Positions 20,480-31,800 of a stretch of 64,000 nucleotides of DNA are shown here, piece after piece; position 1 is the stretch's first letter, and the number at the start of each line of letters is the position of its first letter. The stretch covers positions 1 to 64,000 of the forward strand of contig JALGPX010000050.1 of assembly GCA_023515795.1 (NCBI GenBank). Direction: 5' to 3'. The stretch is from Amoeboaphelidium occidentale. Lineage: Eukaryota. Under the pieces are notes generated by a model. It ran no database searches, was not told the origin of the DNA, and was given only the letters and a program-made list of their open reading frames with translations. The position numbers and the translations under genes were made by a program.

Positions 20480-22573
20480 ATGAAGGTCAGTTTGAAGTAC
20501 TTTGCTCCTTTGCTACTTGTTGCATCCGCGCTAGCGTTGCCTCAAATGGCTGGCAACGATCCGCAAGTTCCAGATATTGATACTATACCAAGTGGTGGTG
20601 CACCTCCTAAAGAAGATATCCCGGCAGGCACTTATCCTGATGCAGCTCCTGTTGCCCCTGCTCCTGTTTCTGCTGATGGTGAGCAAGTTGCTCCTGTTGC
20701 TGTAGAGAAACCAACTGTTTCAGGTGATGAAACTCCAACCAAGACCTCTGAAGATAATGCAGAGGCTCCACCCGATGGCATTTACCCTCCATCCGAGCCT
20801 GGAGTATCTCCAGTTCCATCACACTCTCCAACTCCTTCCTCTGATCTTTATGTGGTTCCAGAAAACGCGACTTCAATCTACCCTCCTGGTAACATGAACA
20901 GCACTACTCCTGAACAACCTGTCTATCCTGAACAGCCTGAAGAAGCTATTGATTATGATTTTATTAACAAGGCATTGCAATGCAGAAAAGACAAACGTCT
21001 AGATGATCCTGATTTCTTGTCAAAGTTGTCGGAACACAAGGAGCAGGGTCAAGACGATCCTGCTGCTGATGGTCCTCCTATTCCGAAGAATGACACTGTA
21101 TATCCTGTTAATGGTACTCAAGAACTTCATAAGAGAGCTGTCATGACTGAATTGTATCCAGCTAATGAAACTTCTGCCGAAAACCCAAGTGTTGAAGCTC
21201 CTGTCGGTGAAGGCAGTGCTAACGACCTGTATCCAACTGTTTCTCCAACTCCATCTGTTCCAATGAATGAAAGCACAATCTATCCAACTGTTTCTCCAAC
21301 TCCATCTGTTCCAATGAATGAAAGCACAATCTATCCAACACATAATGCTACCGAGACTCCTGAAGAGTGTAATTTGAATGAGTTTGATTTGTCCAAGGTT
21401 AACAATGCTACATTGAAGGAGTTGTTCAAGCAGATGATCGACAGAAACATTACCAAGCCAAAGACTATGCAAAGAATTATTCGTCTCACAAAGATGAAGG
21501 GTGTTCCTGAAGAGCAAGCAAAGAAGGCTAGTCAAGAAGCTGCAAACGAAGCTGTCAAGAAGAATCCATCCACCGCTGAAGCTGCCAAGAAAGTCGCGTC
21601 ATCAGTTAGTTCTGCTGCTAAGAAGACCAAGAATGAAAAACAGACTACAAAACATACCAAGAAGACCAAGAAGGGTTGCAGAAAATACGTGCAGGATGGT
21701 TATGAATATGAAGAATGTTTCTCTTCTGTTGAAAGTGAAAGCAGCAGCTCTTCAGATTCTTCCAACAACGGTGCTGCAAGTTCAGCTGCTGGATCATCGG
21801 CTGCATCCCAAAATACTGAAACAGAACCTGCACCAGAAGATGGCGAAGATGACATTTATCCAGTTGAAGATGTTCCTAATGTGGAAGAGGACGAAGATGA
21901 TGTCCCTGCTGGAAGCCCTCCACCTTATTCAACTAATTCAATGCCTTCCAACGACACTAATTCTATTTACCCATCAGGTGATAACTCAACTGCACCAGCA
22001 AAGAACGAAACTCTTGGTTTGTATCCACTGAGTGATTTGAACAGCTCCCTTCCTGATGCTATGAATGCAACAAAGCCTGAGAACGCAACTGATTCTTTGT
22101 ACCCAACTGAGGGGAACAATGCAACTACACCTGATGCTCCAACTGAAGGATTATATCCAACTGAAGGAAACAATGTGACTACTCCCGAGACTCCAACTGA
22201 TTCTTTGTACCCAACTGAGGGGAAAAATGCAACTACACCTGATGCTCCAACTGAAGGATTATATCCAACTGAAGGAAACAATGTGACTACTCCCGAGACT
22301 CCACCAGAGGAAGTTTATCCAACTGGTGAAACTAACCCGACCGAACCTGTTGCTGCAGCTGCAGACAAAGACACCATTGAAATTCCAGACCTTGAAGCTG
22401 AGAAGGCACCAGAAGAGCCAACTGAAGAGCCTGCTGAAGGACCAACTGAACCAGCAGAAGAAGCTCCTGCTGAAGATGTTCCAGCTGCTGGAGTTGTTTA
22501 TGATACAGCTGCCCCTCAAGAAGGTGAAGCTGAACCAGAGGCTAAAGCAGAAGACAGTCCATTTAACTTGTAA
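20480..22573 (+). CDS. Secreted acidic low-complexity repeat glycoprotein
   Basis: Signal peptide, many [LIV]YP motifs next to N-x-S/T sequons, an LHKR dibasic site and a central basic helical segment with Cys. Confidence 0.8.
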   Translation: MKVSLKYFAPLLLVASALALPQMAGNDPQVPDIDTIPSGGAPPKEDIPAGTYPDAAPVAPAPVSADGEQVAPVAVEKPTVSGDETPTKTSEDNAEAPPDGIYPPSEPGVSPVPSHSPTPSSDLYVVPENATSIYPPGNMNSTTPEQPVYPEQPEEAIDYDFINKALQCRKDKRLDDPDFLSKLSEHKEQGQDDPAADGPPIPKNDTVYPVNGTQELHKRAVMTELYPANETSAENPSVEAPVGEGSANDLYPTVSPTPSVPMNESTIYPTVSPTPSVPMNESTIYPTHNATETPEECNLNEFDLSKVNNATLKELFKQMIDRNITKPKTMQRIIRLTKMKGVPEEQAKKASQEAANEAVKKNPSTAEAAKKVASSVSSAAKKTKNEKQTTKHTKKTKKGCRKYVQDGYEYEECFSSVESESSSSSDSSNNGAASSAAGSSAASQNTETEPAPEDGEDDIYPVEDVPNVEEDEDDVPAGSPPPYSTNSMPSNDTNSIYPSGDNSTAPAKNETLGLYPLSDLNSSLPDAMNATKPENATDSLYPTEGNNATTPDAPTEGLYPTEGNNVTTPETPTDSLYPTEGKNATTPDAPTEGLYPTEGNNVTTPETPPEEVYPTGETNPTEPVAAAADKDTIEIPDLEAEKAPEEPTEEPAEGPTEPAEEAPAEDVPAAGVVYDTAAPQEGEAEPEAKAEDSPFNL
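21230..21339 (+). repeat. Coding tandem repeat, 51-nt unit x2.2 (YPTVSPTPSVPMNESTI)
   Basis: Identical copies at 21230-21280 and 21281-21331, plus a partial third copy. Confidence 0.9.
22088..22303 (+). repeat. Coding tandem repeat, 108-nt unit x2 (each made of two related 54-nt subunits)
   Basis: TDSLYPTEG[N/K]NATTPDAPTEGLYPTEGNNVTTPETP repeated twice, starting at 22088 and 22196. Confidence 0.9.
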
Positions 22574-22636
22574 TATTAATTTGTTGAATAAAAAATATGT
22601 AAATTGAAACCATCTATTCCCAATGCCTCATAAAGC

Positions 22637-24651
22637 CTACCATGAAGAAAACCAAGGTTGCGACTTAACAAAAGTTATAACTTTTCCTCTAAAAGCATCC
22701 AAGTTTCCACGCAGGCCTTTCTTTCCACTACCTTTAGTGGTTTCTGCATGCTCGTTTTCATCATTCTCAGAGAGCTCTGTCAAGAATTTCCCGTCTGGCG
22801 CTGCATCTGATCTTTTGGCTTTCTTACTACTGGAACCGACATCTTCCTCTCTTGTCATATGCCGTTCATGCTTATTCTTGTCAGGGTGTATGACTGCATC
22901 TATACCGCCAATAATGGTTGCTAATACACCATCTCTACCGGCAAAATCAACACCAAATTTCCCAGAAACCAAATCTCTAACATCTTCATCCTCCCAAACA
23001 AGACATGGAGGCTGAAGTACCAAATCATAAGGAGCTCCCGGATTCTCTGCTATCGATGGTTCATTATTCCGAGTAGGCAATAAAGGGTTGGTTGGTGAAG
23101 CTCTAGAATATTGTGAAGTTGGCGTATCTCGAGCTGTAGTTGGTTGGTTAGTTAAGCTCGAAACAGAAGGATTATTCTGAGAAATATATAAAGCACCACC
23201 ATTCCCCATTCTAAGGACTTGGACCAAATTATAAACTTGTCCCTTCATTACAGCAACCTGTCTTCGGAACAATTTTTCATCAAAGTCTGCATCCAATTTG
23301 CAAATTTGCCTTAGATCTTTCATCAGATCGTCCCACCATAGTTTTGAAGTCAATAGAGGCAAAAGCCTATCGCGAGTAGACTGCGAGAACGGAACTTTTG
23401 CTGCAGGGAGATAAGACCAGCCATAAGGATAAGATCTCCACTTGTCAGGATGCTTGAAAGGAAATGCAAGTCCATTATCAATCGCTGCAATATGAATTAT
23501 AGAAGGCGTTGTGTTAACAGGAGACTGTAACGGAGTGTGATTTTCTAAAGCTGAAGGCGACCCAGAGTCAGCTTGAGGACCTTGGTTATCAGCGATAGTG
23601 TTAAAATCGTTTAGACTCCACGTTGTTGAATCCTCCACTCTTACCATCCAATTATCCAGACCTCGATCAGTGTTCCTGATAATATAATCAAGAACAGCAA
23701 GACGTTCGAATTCAAACTGGAATTGTGCTTGAACCACATGATGCAAGCCACTAGTCTTATCATCAACAGGCAATCTTCCATCGTTTACCATCTGAGGTCC
23801 CTCTCGCAAAAACTTTGTAGCATCCATATAGCCTGTATATTAGAACTTTAACCACCATAATAATTTACTTACCGTGCATGAAGAGTTGGAATGACCCAAT
23901 TTTAGGAGGTAAAACTCCTCCGTTCTTACGTGCTGCCCTTAAATCCATGTATGAGTAATAGAAACTTGGGCTGGCAAGCTCAATAACTTCAGTACGCGGC
24001 ACAACATTTAAATTTAAATGCCTATCAACAAGACTTGCTGCAGCCTCACTGATATAACCCAGATTTGGCATCAAACAACTCCGCCCAAAACAACAGGGAC
24101 AACAAGTCTTATGTAACCATTTAGTCCATTTGGGATTCAGTTGACCATAAGGTTCCTCGTTCTTTGGTTTGAATACACCCACAATCTGATGCTGTCGATT
24201 TAAACAGAAGTATGATCCAGATGATCCCTGTTTTATGCGAACTGGCTGGATGCCCTGTGATATAGCCAATTTAACTTCCTCAACGATTAACAAGAACTGC
24301 TGAGCCGAGAATGGCCGATAAGTGACGAAGGGCGGAACAGGAGCAGCTGTGGATTGTGGGGTTGTCGATAAAAGTGGTTTCTCGCTTTCGAAAGCATGGC
24401 CCTTTCCTTTAGCATCGGGGTCATTAGCCGCCCGTTCAGGTGAAGAGTCCCTATCATTAGCAGAATGTGCAGCAGAAGTATTCGTTGATCTAATGAAACA
24501 ATTAATGATTTCCTTTAGGTAAAAGATACTCCATGATATTCAATTCTGACATGAAATCAGATTCTGTTTTGGTTATTTGAAGGTCGTAAATGTAATTCTC
24601 CAACTTCGACGATGATACTGCGGCGTCTGTTAATTCTATATAACCCTTCAT
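22637..24651 (-). CDS. LSB6: Phosphatidylinositol 4-kinase type II (3 exons)
   Basis: QGSSGSYF, VFKPKNEEPYG, CCPCCFGRSCL, LDYIIRNTDRGLDNW and AIDNGLAFPFKHPD. Start inferred from an in-frame upstream exon. Confidence 0.92.
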
Positions 24652-24882
24652 TCACCACTAATCAAAGTGGCGCTGGTGTGGTTTTGAGGCGGACTTGAGT
24701 CGTGAAAAAGACGCAATTGATGTTTGATCTCGGTACTAGTCGAGATAACTTTAGAAGGGTGGATATTTTGAGGAAATATAACTGTGTACTTTCTAATGAT
24801 CACATGTACACACGCCGGGATGTTGATTAAGGGGCTAGACTTCAGATTGAGCTAGTGATTCTTGACAATTTTTCCTCTTGAG

Positions 24883-26022
24883 ATGAAACTTATTACTGTA
24901 TTGCTTCTGGCACTTACAATCGTAGTATCTTATCCTTCATCGGTTAGATGTCTTGATATTAATGGCTTTCCTTTTGCTGAAACAACCAATTTGATACTGA
25001 AACACGTTATAAAGTCGGTTTTCAAGGTTAAGGACACAACTTTTACGCCTCAAGAATATCACGATGAGTATGTCAAGTCATTAAAAGGGGAAGGCCCTAT
25101 AAAAGATAAGCATGGAAGATTGATTCCACAGAACATGTACAAAATTCATCGGCTACCGCGAAACAGCAAGCATGTGATTCTTACAATGGCTGAAGCAGCT
25201 GGCATTGCATATTGTGAGCTCTACGGTTTGAAGCAAGCTTCTCAAGCGAATTTAAGACTGGGCAGGTTTAGAACTGTTTATACGAGTGTTCACGATGGTG
25301 CTGGTTATCACTTTCTGCTGCTAGAGAATTTGCAAAGAGACATGTTGATCGTGTCAATAAGAGGAAGCAAGACTTATGAGGATTGGAAGTACAATGTAGA
25401 TTCATATGGCATTCCACCGCATAACGGCTCTTTTACTCATTTTCCTCCGGAGTCTCTAGTTCACCCAGGATTTCAGAAGCGATTCCTACACACAAAAATG
25501 CACATAATCACTGCATTGCGAAACTATTACGCTCAACCTGGCAAGAAATCATATAATCTTTACATTACTGGACACTCATTAGGCGGAGGGGTCGCTTCTC
25601 TAACTGCATTATTCTTGGCTCAGAACCCATTGGTCTTGAAGTTTGGTAACCATGTTCCGAAAATTCAAGGCCTCTACAATTACAATATGCCAATGATCGG
25701 CAATAAGGTATTTGTTGAATGGGCAGTAGATCAAATAGGACACGATAAATTCATTCGAGTCGTGAATGGTAATGATTTCGCTCCACATTTTGGCTTATCC
25801 TTATATGGTTCACACCCACACAATGTACCAGAGTACTTCTGGGACAAAAAACAAAAGAAACTCATCAAATGCAAATATGGACTCAACATGTGCAGCGATA
25901 AGTTTTCTTACAGTGCAATTACAACTGGAAAACATTCATACGTTGGCTACTTGCAGACATCTCAAAAGCTCTGCAAGTTGCCATATCCAATTGATCAAAA
26001 ATACTACGTCAACAATGATTGA
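24883..26022 (+). CDS. Secreted class-3 lipase
   Basis: Signal peptide, SIRGS, VHPGF, GHSLGG and RVVNGNDFAPH. Confidence 0.9.
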   Translation: MKLITVLLLALTIVVSYPSSVRCLDINGFPFAETTNLILKHVIKSVFKVKDTTFTPQEYHDEYVKSLKGEGPIKDKHGRLIPQNMYKIHRLPRNSKHVILTMAEAAGIAYCELYGLKQASQANLRLGRFRTVYTSVHDGAGYHFLLLENLQRDMLIVSIRGSKTYEDWKYNVDSYGIPPHNGSFTHFPPESLVHPGFQKRFLHTKMHIITALRNYYAQPGKKSYNLYITGHSLGGGVASLTALFLAQNPLVLKFGNHVPKIQGLYNYNMPMIGNKVFVEWAVDQIGHDKFIRVVNGNDFAPHFGLSLYGSHPHNVPEYFWDKKQKKLIKCKYGLNMCSDKFSYSAITTGKHSYVGYLQTSQKLCKLPYPIDQKYYVNND

Positions 26023-26055
26023 ATTGCCACCACGTGATTAAACGTTTTTTCTATA

Positions 26056-27021
26056 ATGATTTTTCTCTCGCTTCTGTTTCTACTTCCTCTCTTAGAAAGC
26101 GTGCGCACGAACACTCTGAATTGTGCTCCAGAGTTAGCTTTTGAGCGTTTCGCGTCAAAGCTCACACCAACACCTGACGCTGTAGTGATTCACGGCTACA
26201 AGGAATCTCTTAAGATTGCGCCTAAACTTTACAGTCTTGACAAGGATCCTGAGTCTCTAGAGATGATTTATACAATGGCTGACATATCTGGTCTCGCGTA
26301 TTTAAGGTCGGAAATGTTCCAACAGGTGTCGGACAATGACTTGCGAGCAGGCAAATTCAAAGTCTTGAAGGAAGGCATACAAGACTCTTATGGTCATCTT
26401 TACGTTATTGTACAAAATCTGGAGCTTAATTATACCGCTCTGGTTGTTCGCGGAAGCCAGACTTTGGATGATTGGAAAGTTAACCTTCAAACAGATCTAA
26501 TTCCGTTCACATCGAAATGCCGGTCATGCAGAGTACACGAAGGTTTCTATGAGAGGTACAAAGAGATCCGGAATGACCTTTTCAATCAGACGTTTCAAAT
26601 GAACACGAAATTCTTTATCGTTGGACACTCGCTTGGTGCATCAGTCGCTTTGCTTTTGGCTTTGGATTATCAGCCAGATTTTCTCTACACTTTCGCTTTA
26701 CCTGTTGTTGGCAATCGGAATTTTAAAGAGCATGCAAAAGCAGAACTAAACAGAAGATGGATCAATGTGGTTAATGAGGGCGACTGGGCACCATACATTG
26801 CAGAGAATCCAAAGATAGACTGCATAGAAAGAAGGATTATCATAAGCAAGAACGGAAATAAGACAAAATGCAATGACTTTAAATCAATTGGATGTGAAAT
26901 ACCAAATTGCGATCAGATGGATGTTCGCATGCACTCAAAGTTGGGTCCCATGTTTTACGGTAGTAAATCAAGAGTCAATACACGACCAATTCACATTCTT
27001 AAACCTGTCCCAACGATATGA
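26056..27021 (+). CDS. Secreted class-3 lipase (tandem paralog)
   Basis: Signal peptide, VVRGS, VHEGF, GHSLGA and NVVNEGDWAPY. Confidence 0.88.
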   Translation: MIFLSLLFLLPLLESVRTNTLNCAPELAFERFASKLTPTPDAVVIHGYKESLKIAPKLYSLDKDPESLEMIYTMADISGLAYLRSEMFQQVSDNDLRAGKFKVLKEGIQDSYGHLYVIVQNLELNYTALVVRGSQTLDDWKVNLQTDLIPFTSKCRSCRVHEGFYERYKEIRNDLFNQTFQMNTKFFIVGHSLGASVALLLALDYQPDFLYTFALPVVGNRNFKEHAKAELNRRWINVVNEGDWAPYIAENPKIDCIERRIIISKNGNKTKCNDFKSIGCEIPNCDQMDVRMHSKLGPMFYGSKSRVNTRPIHILKPVPTI

Positions 27022-27043
27022 ACATCTCAACTTTATTATGGAG

Positions 27044-27623
27044 CTAGATAGGTTTAATCTTAAAATGCAACGAAACAAGAGATAAAACAAAACACTTTAG
27101 GTCTTGCACCAAATAATAAAACACGCGCAAACCATCAGGATCCTAAAAAGTAAGTGATCGAAAGCGATACAGAAGGCTAGCGAACCTTGCTCTTGTTAAC
27201 ATCCATAAAACTTCCAATCTTATTAGTGCAGAACGAAATGTGTTTGTCCCCGTAAACAATCTCCAATTCCTGTCGTCCAAATCTGTCTGGCTCAGGCCAT
27301 AACGTATCATCCTCTTCCATAATCTCCGAGTCAGAAACAATCTTTGCCAATTGCTCAAGAACCAAAGGCGAAAGGAACACTACGAATTATTCAGAATCGA
27401 TCTTAAACGGAAGCTGTCAAACCTTCTTTCTTTATGAGCGTATCATTCTTGTAGTTGGAATTATTTAAATAGAGACAACGACCATCAGGATGAAACTCAA
27501 ACTCCAAGAACTCATGACCAAACTTCCCCTTATGTCCAGTGCTTTATAAAATATTAAGGTCTACTTGAATATGAAGTATAATTACTAGTAGCGCAAGTAA
27601 ATTTCATGCGTCGTGTCCGCCAT
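27044..27623 (-). CDS. MAGOH: Mago nashi (exon junction complex; 4 exons)
   Basis: Spliced [21 protein letters not shown]...NNSNYKND...[14 protein letters not shown]...[32 protein letters not shown]. Confidence 0.95.
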
Positions 27624-27663
27624 TCAAGTTTTAGAAAAGGCTTGACGCTCAAGAAAGCACGGA

Positions 27664-27677
27664 CCAATCATGATTGG
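27664..27677. promoter_or_regulatory. Inverted CCAAT-box pair in the mago/eS1 bidirectional promoter
   Basis: Perfect palindrome CCAATCATGATTGG in the 115-bp spacer between two divergent ATGs. Confidence 0.5.
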
Positions 27678-27738
27678 CTGGATCGTCCAACCGAAGCGGC
27701 AAAATTTTTTCTACTCAAATCGAAAACGTAGAACCAAT

Positions 27739-28714
27739 ATGGCAGTTGGAAAGAATAAGGTGCGCTCACTGTTGCGATTTAAACTAAAACCAATGTAGAG
27801 ACTTTCAAAGGGAAAGAAGGGAATAAAGAAGAAGACCGTTGATCCATTCACCAAGAAGGACTGGTACGACTTGAAGATTCCAGCAATCTTTGAGAAGAAG
27901 TCTTTGGGAAAGACTCTTGTCAACCGTTCCGCTGGTCTTAAAAACGCGGAAGATTATTTGAAGGGACGCGTTGTCGAAATGTCTTTGGGTGATTTGAACT
28001 CTGATGAGTCTCAAGCTTTCCGTAAGATGCAGTTTGTTGTTGAGGAAGTTCAGGGCAACACTTGCTTGATGAACTTTTACGGAATGGACTTTACTTCTGA
28101 CAAGATTAGAAGCATGGTCAAGAAATGGCAAAGTTTGATCGAGGCTCACGTCGATATTAAGGTAGGCTCTTTGTGTTGCATTTATGGGAATTATGATGCT
28201 TTCTTAAGTATTCACACTGTATGACGCGTAATCGCATGATTCTTTTATCACGCTGAATTCCCTCTTAAAGCTCCCCTGTTGTTAAAGATCAGAACTAATT
28301 TCATTCTTGTAGACCACTGATGGTTATTTGGTCAGATTGTTCTTGATTGCATTTACCAAGCGTCGCCCTGATCAAGTGAGAAAGACCACTTATGCACAAT
28401 CCAGTCAAATAAGACAAATTAGACAAAAGATGTTCCAGGTTGTCCAGAAGGAGACTCAAGGTGTTGATTTGAAGCAGCTCTTTGAGAAGTTGGTTCCTGA
28501 GGTTATTGGTAAGGAAGTCGAGAAGGTGTCTCAGGGAATTTATCCTTTACAGAATTCTTTTGTCAGAAAGGTCAAGATCTTGAAGGGACCAAAGCCTGAC
28601 TTGGGTCGCTTATTGGAATTGGTTGAAGGTTCTGGTCCTTCTGTCGCTCCAGCTGCTGACGGTACTGTCGTCAAGACTGGTGATTTCAAAGAGCAGGTTT
28701 TTACCAGTGTTTAA
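27739..28714 (+). CDS. RPS1: 40S ribosomal protein eS1 (S3a; 3 exons)
   Basis: [30 protein letters not shown]...[25 protein letters not shown]. Introns 27760-27798 and 28162-28312. Confidence 0.97.
28186..28262 (+). ncRNA. Candidate intronic box C/D snoRNA
   Basis: Terminal stem GGGAATT/AATTCCC encloses box C-like ATGATGC (28193), D'-like ATGA (28221), C'-like ATGATT (28236) and box D CTGA (28253). It sits in a 151-nt intron, much longer than neighbouring introns. Confidence 0.72.
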
Positions 28715-28838
28715 ATACGCGTAAAGACTTAAAGAAGTAATAAATCAGCATCAACAATATCGTGGTTCAGCTATCGTGCTTGGGAATTGCGATGAATGCC
28801 CTGCATCATGTTGTATATTTATAGATTTCTACAAAGAA

Positions 28839-31800
28839 ATGACCTTTGAGTCCTTGGCGAAACACACTGATGAAAGTATAAGGAGCAGTAGGGAGCTGCA
28901 AAAGTTCTTGTCTGCTAAAGCGCAGTTGGATGTGGAGTATGCTCAAAAGATGCGTATGTTCTGTTAAAATATGTATTCTTAATCGTTTCAGTGAAACTGT
29001 GCAACAGTACCATGACTGCTTATCCTGTTCTACAGCAAGAAAAGCAGAGTAAATCAAAGGATACTGGTGATAAGAATGCTTTGCTTCGAACGTAAGTTCT
29101 TGGACTGTGATCAAACCAATTGTTAGATCCTTATGGCAATCCTTTGCAGAGCTGGTACAGCAGACGTGCGAAAGTGCAGTTACCATGGTAGGCTGTTATG
29201 ATCACTCTTTTGCTATAACTCTGACTTGTGTAGAAGACCGTAGCTAATAACATCACATCGGAGATCTGTATACCAATGTTGGCCTTCCTCAAAGAGATGG
29301 AAGCAGCACGAAAAGCATTGGTCGATGAAGGTGCTAAGCAAACGCATGTTCTACAAGATCATTACACTGCTTTGAAAAAGGCGAAGCAGCAGCTAGATGA
29401 TGTTAATGCAGCGTACTCTGAATCTAAAGACGCTGTGGTTAAGGCACAGAGGTCTCCGAATATTAAGGAGAAGGAAATCGAAAAGTTGAATCTTAAGGTA
29501 ACACAGTACGCAGAGAAAGTTGCCGCCGCTGAACAGAATTTCAAAGAGATTGACGAAGCTTGTAAGAACGCGCAATTGAGATACTTCCAACAATTGATTC
29601 CTGATTTGTTGCAACAACTATATAATGGGGAAGAGGAGCGATTCGTGACAATACATAATGTGCTGAAGAATTGGGCTTACATGGAGAAGCAGTTCTCGGA
29701 GTTTCGTAACAAAAATGCAGACTGGATGCAAGACAAAATCGACTCCGCTGATGTTACCGGTGATTTGGAAGACATTTTCACTGAACATATGAATGCATCC
29801 GTTGTAGAGACTGATGATCCTTCAAAATCTAACGGAATCCCAAGCATTTCTGTGAGATCTTTGATAAATCCTATAAAGGCAGGACGTATGCAAAAGAAGG
29901 CAGACGAAAATGATACAACTTGGAAACCACGTTATTTTGTTCTTATGGGCGATCGTGAAGCTCCGACAAATCCAAAGTATCAGCCTGCCTCTGGTAAATT
30001 GTATATATTTGATACAGAAGATGCTCTGAAACCAAAAGGTATCATTGATTTATGTGTCGCATCAGTGTATTCTGTTGATGATTCACTTTATCCTGGAAAA
30101 CAGAATCTATTTTTAATTTCGACTTCTTTAACTACCACGGAAGATAATGTTTTGGTAACCAAGCACAAAACTCATTATCTGGCTGCTGAAAGCCCCGAGG
30201 AAAGAGAAAGTTGGCTGTTGGCACTGAAGAGATACGCACTTTGCTGCTTACCTTGCATCAGTATTTACTTGGCGGAGCCAATATCTTTGAATTTAGATAA
30301 CACCGAGAGGGTTGTAGCAAACTTTCCTAAAGCTTCAACAAGAGAAGTTTCTTACAGGACTTTGCGAAGTGTTCGAATGTGGATCATGGAAGGTAGAGAT
30401 TTTGGTCGATTAGAACCCAAATTCGCTCATCATACAGAAAGTGTCTTTTTCGGAATGGGTCTCCAGAAGAATCAACTTAGTCCATTCTGTACTATTTACG
30501 TTAATGATGTTAAAATTGGAAAAACCACTACCAAAAATTCAAACTCTCCGTTCTGGGGCGAAGAGTTTTACTTTAACGAGCTAGCCGAATGTGAAACAGA
30601 ATTTAGAATTGCTGTAAATACACACCTTAAGAGAAGAGATATTGAGCTTGGGCATATTGATATTAAGCTTTCACAATTTAAGGATATGGTATCAGAGAAT
30701 CATGTTCACAAGAAGTTCGAAGCGTGGATTCCTTTGCAAGATTTTATTCTTAAAGATGTACCTTCAGATGATGAAGATTTTTCAAACAGAAGCTCAACTG
30801 GACCTAGTCCTGCTTTGCGTGTTCAAGCAATCTTGACCGAAGAATCGATTCTACCTTTGTATGAATATCCTGTATTTGCCAACTGCCTTTTTGCGGAAGA
30901 CTATAGAGTTTTAAGAACTATTGCAGGTTCAGCAGAGAAATGTACATCCTTTGCTAGAGATGAATTCGCTAGATCATTGATTTCAATTCTGTGTGCTACA
31001 GAAACTGATATAACTGGATTCCGCGCTTTACTTTCGGTAGATGTTGAAGGAACAGATGATCCAAACATCATTTTCAGAGGAAATACTCTAGCGACAAAGG
31101 CTATCGATCAATACATGAAGTTTATTGGAAGTGAATATCTAAAGAACACCTTGTCTGGAGTGATTAAGTTAGTCTTTGAAAAAGCAGGTAGACAAGAATC
31201 TTGCGAAGTAGATCCAACAAGACTGGAAAGACCTGATGAAGAATTGCTTAGAAAACATCAAAAAAGATTACTCGCCTGGGTCCAAATGTTTTGGGATGCA
31301 ATTCAAGGCAGTGTCGATAAATCTCCGCGAAACCTCAGAGAAACCCTTCAAAATATTAGGGAAATTGTCAAAGCGTCTTTTGAAAGAAAAAATATTGAGC
31401 AAAAACTCATAAGCCAGGTGCAGCTTTCAGCAGTTTCTGGATTTATATTCTTGCGATTCTTTTGCCCTGCTATTTTAAATCCTAAATTGTTTGGATTATG
31501 GCCCGAAATTTCTGAAAATCCTGTGGCTACAAGAACACTAACCTTGGTAGCTAAAGTTATTCAAAACTTGGCAAACTTGAGTGATTTCAGAGGAAAGGAA
31601 CCACACATGGAGTTCTGTAATGAATGGATTTTGTGGAATTTGGATTCTATGAGAGCTTGCATTCTCCAATTTTCTTCTACAAACCCAACAGATGAAAAAG
31701 TTAAGCCTGCCCATAGATACGCATTCTTGTTTGACGATCAGTCACTGAATATCGACTTGAGCAGAGAGTTTAATTATCTATTCCTTCATATTCAAAACAA

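Noticed and set aside
21230..22303. CRISPR-like or satellite array
   Set aside because: The repeats are in-frame coding units without unique spacers, in a eukaryotic gene.
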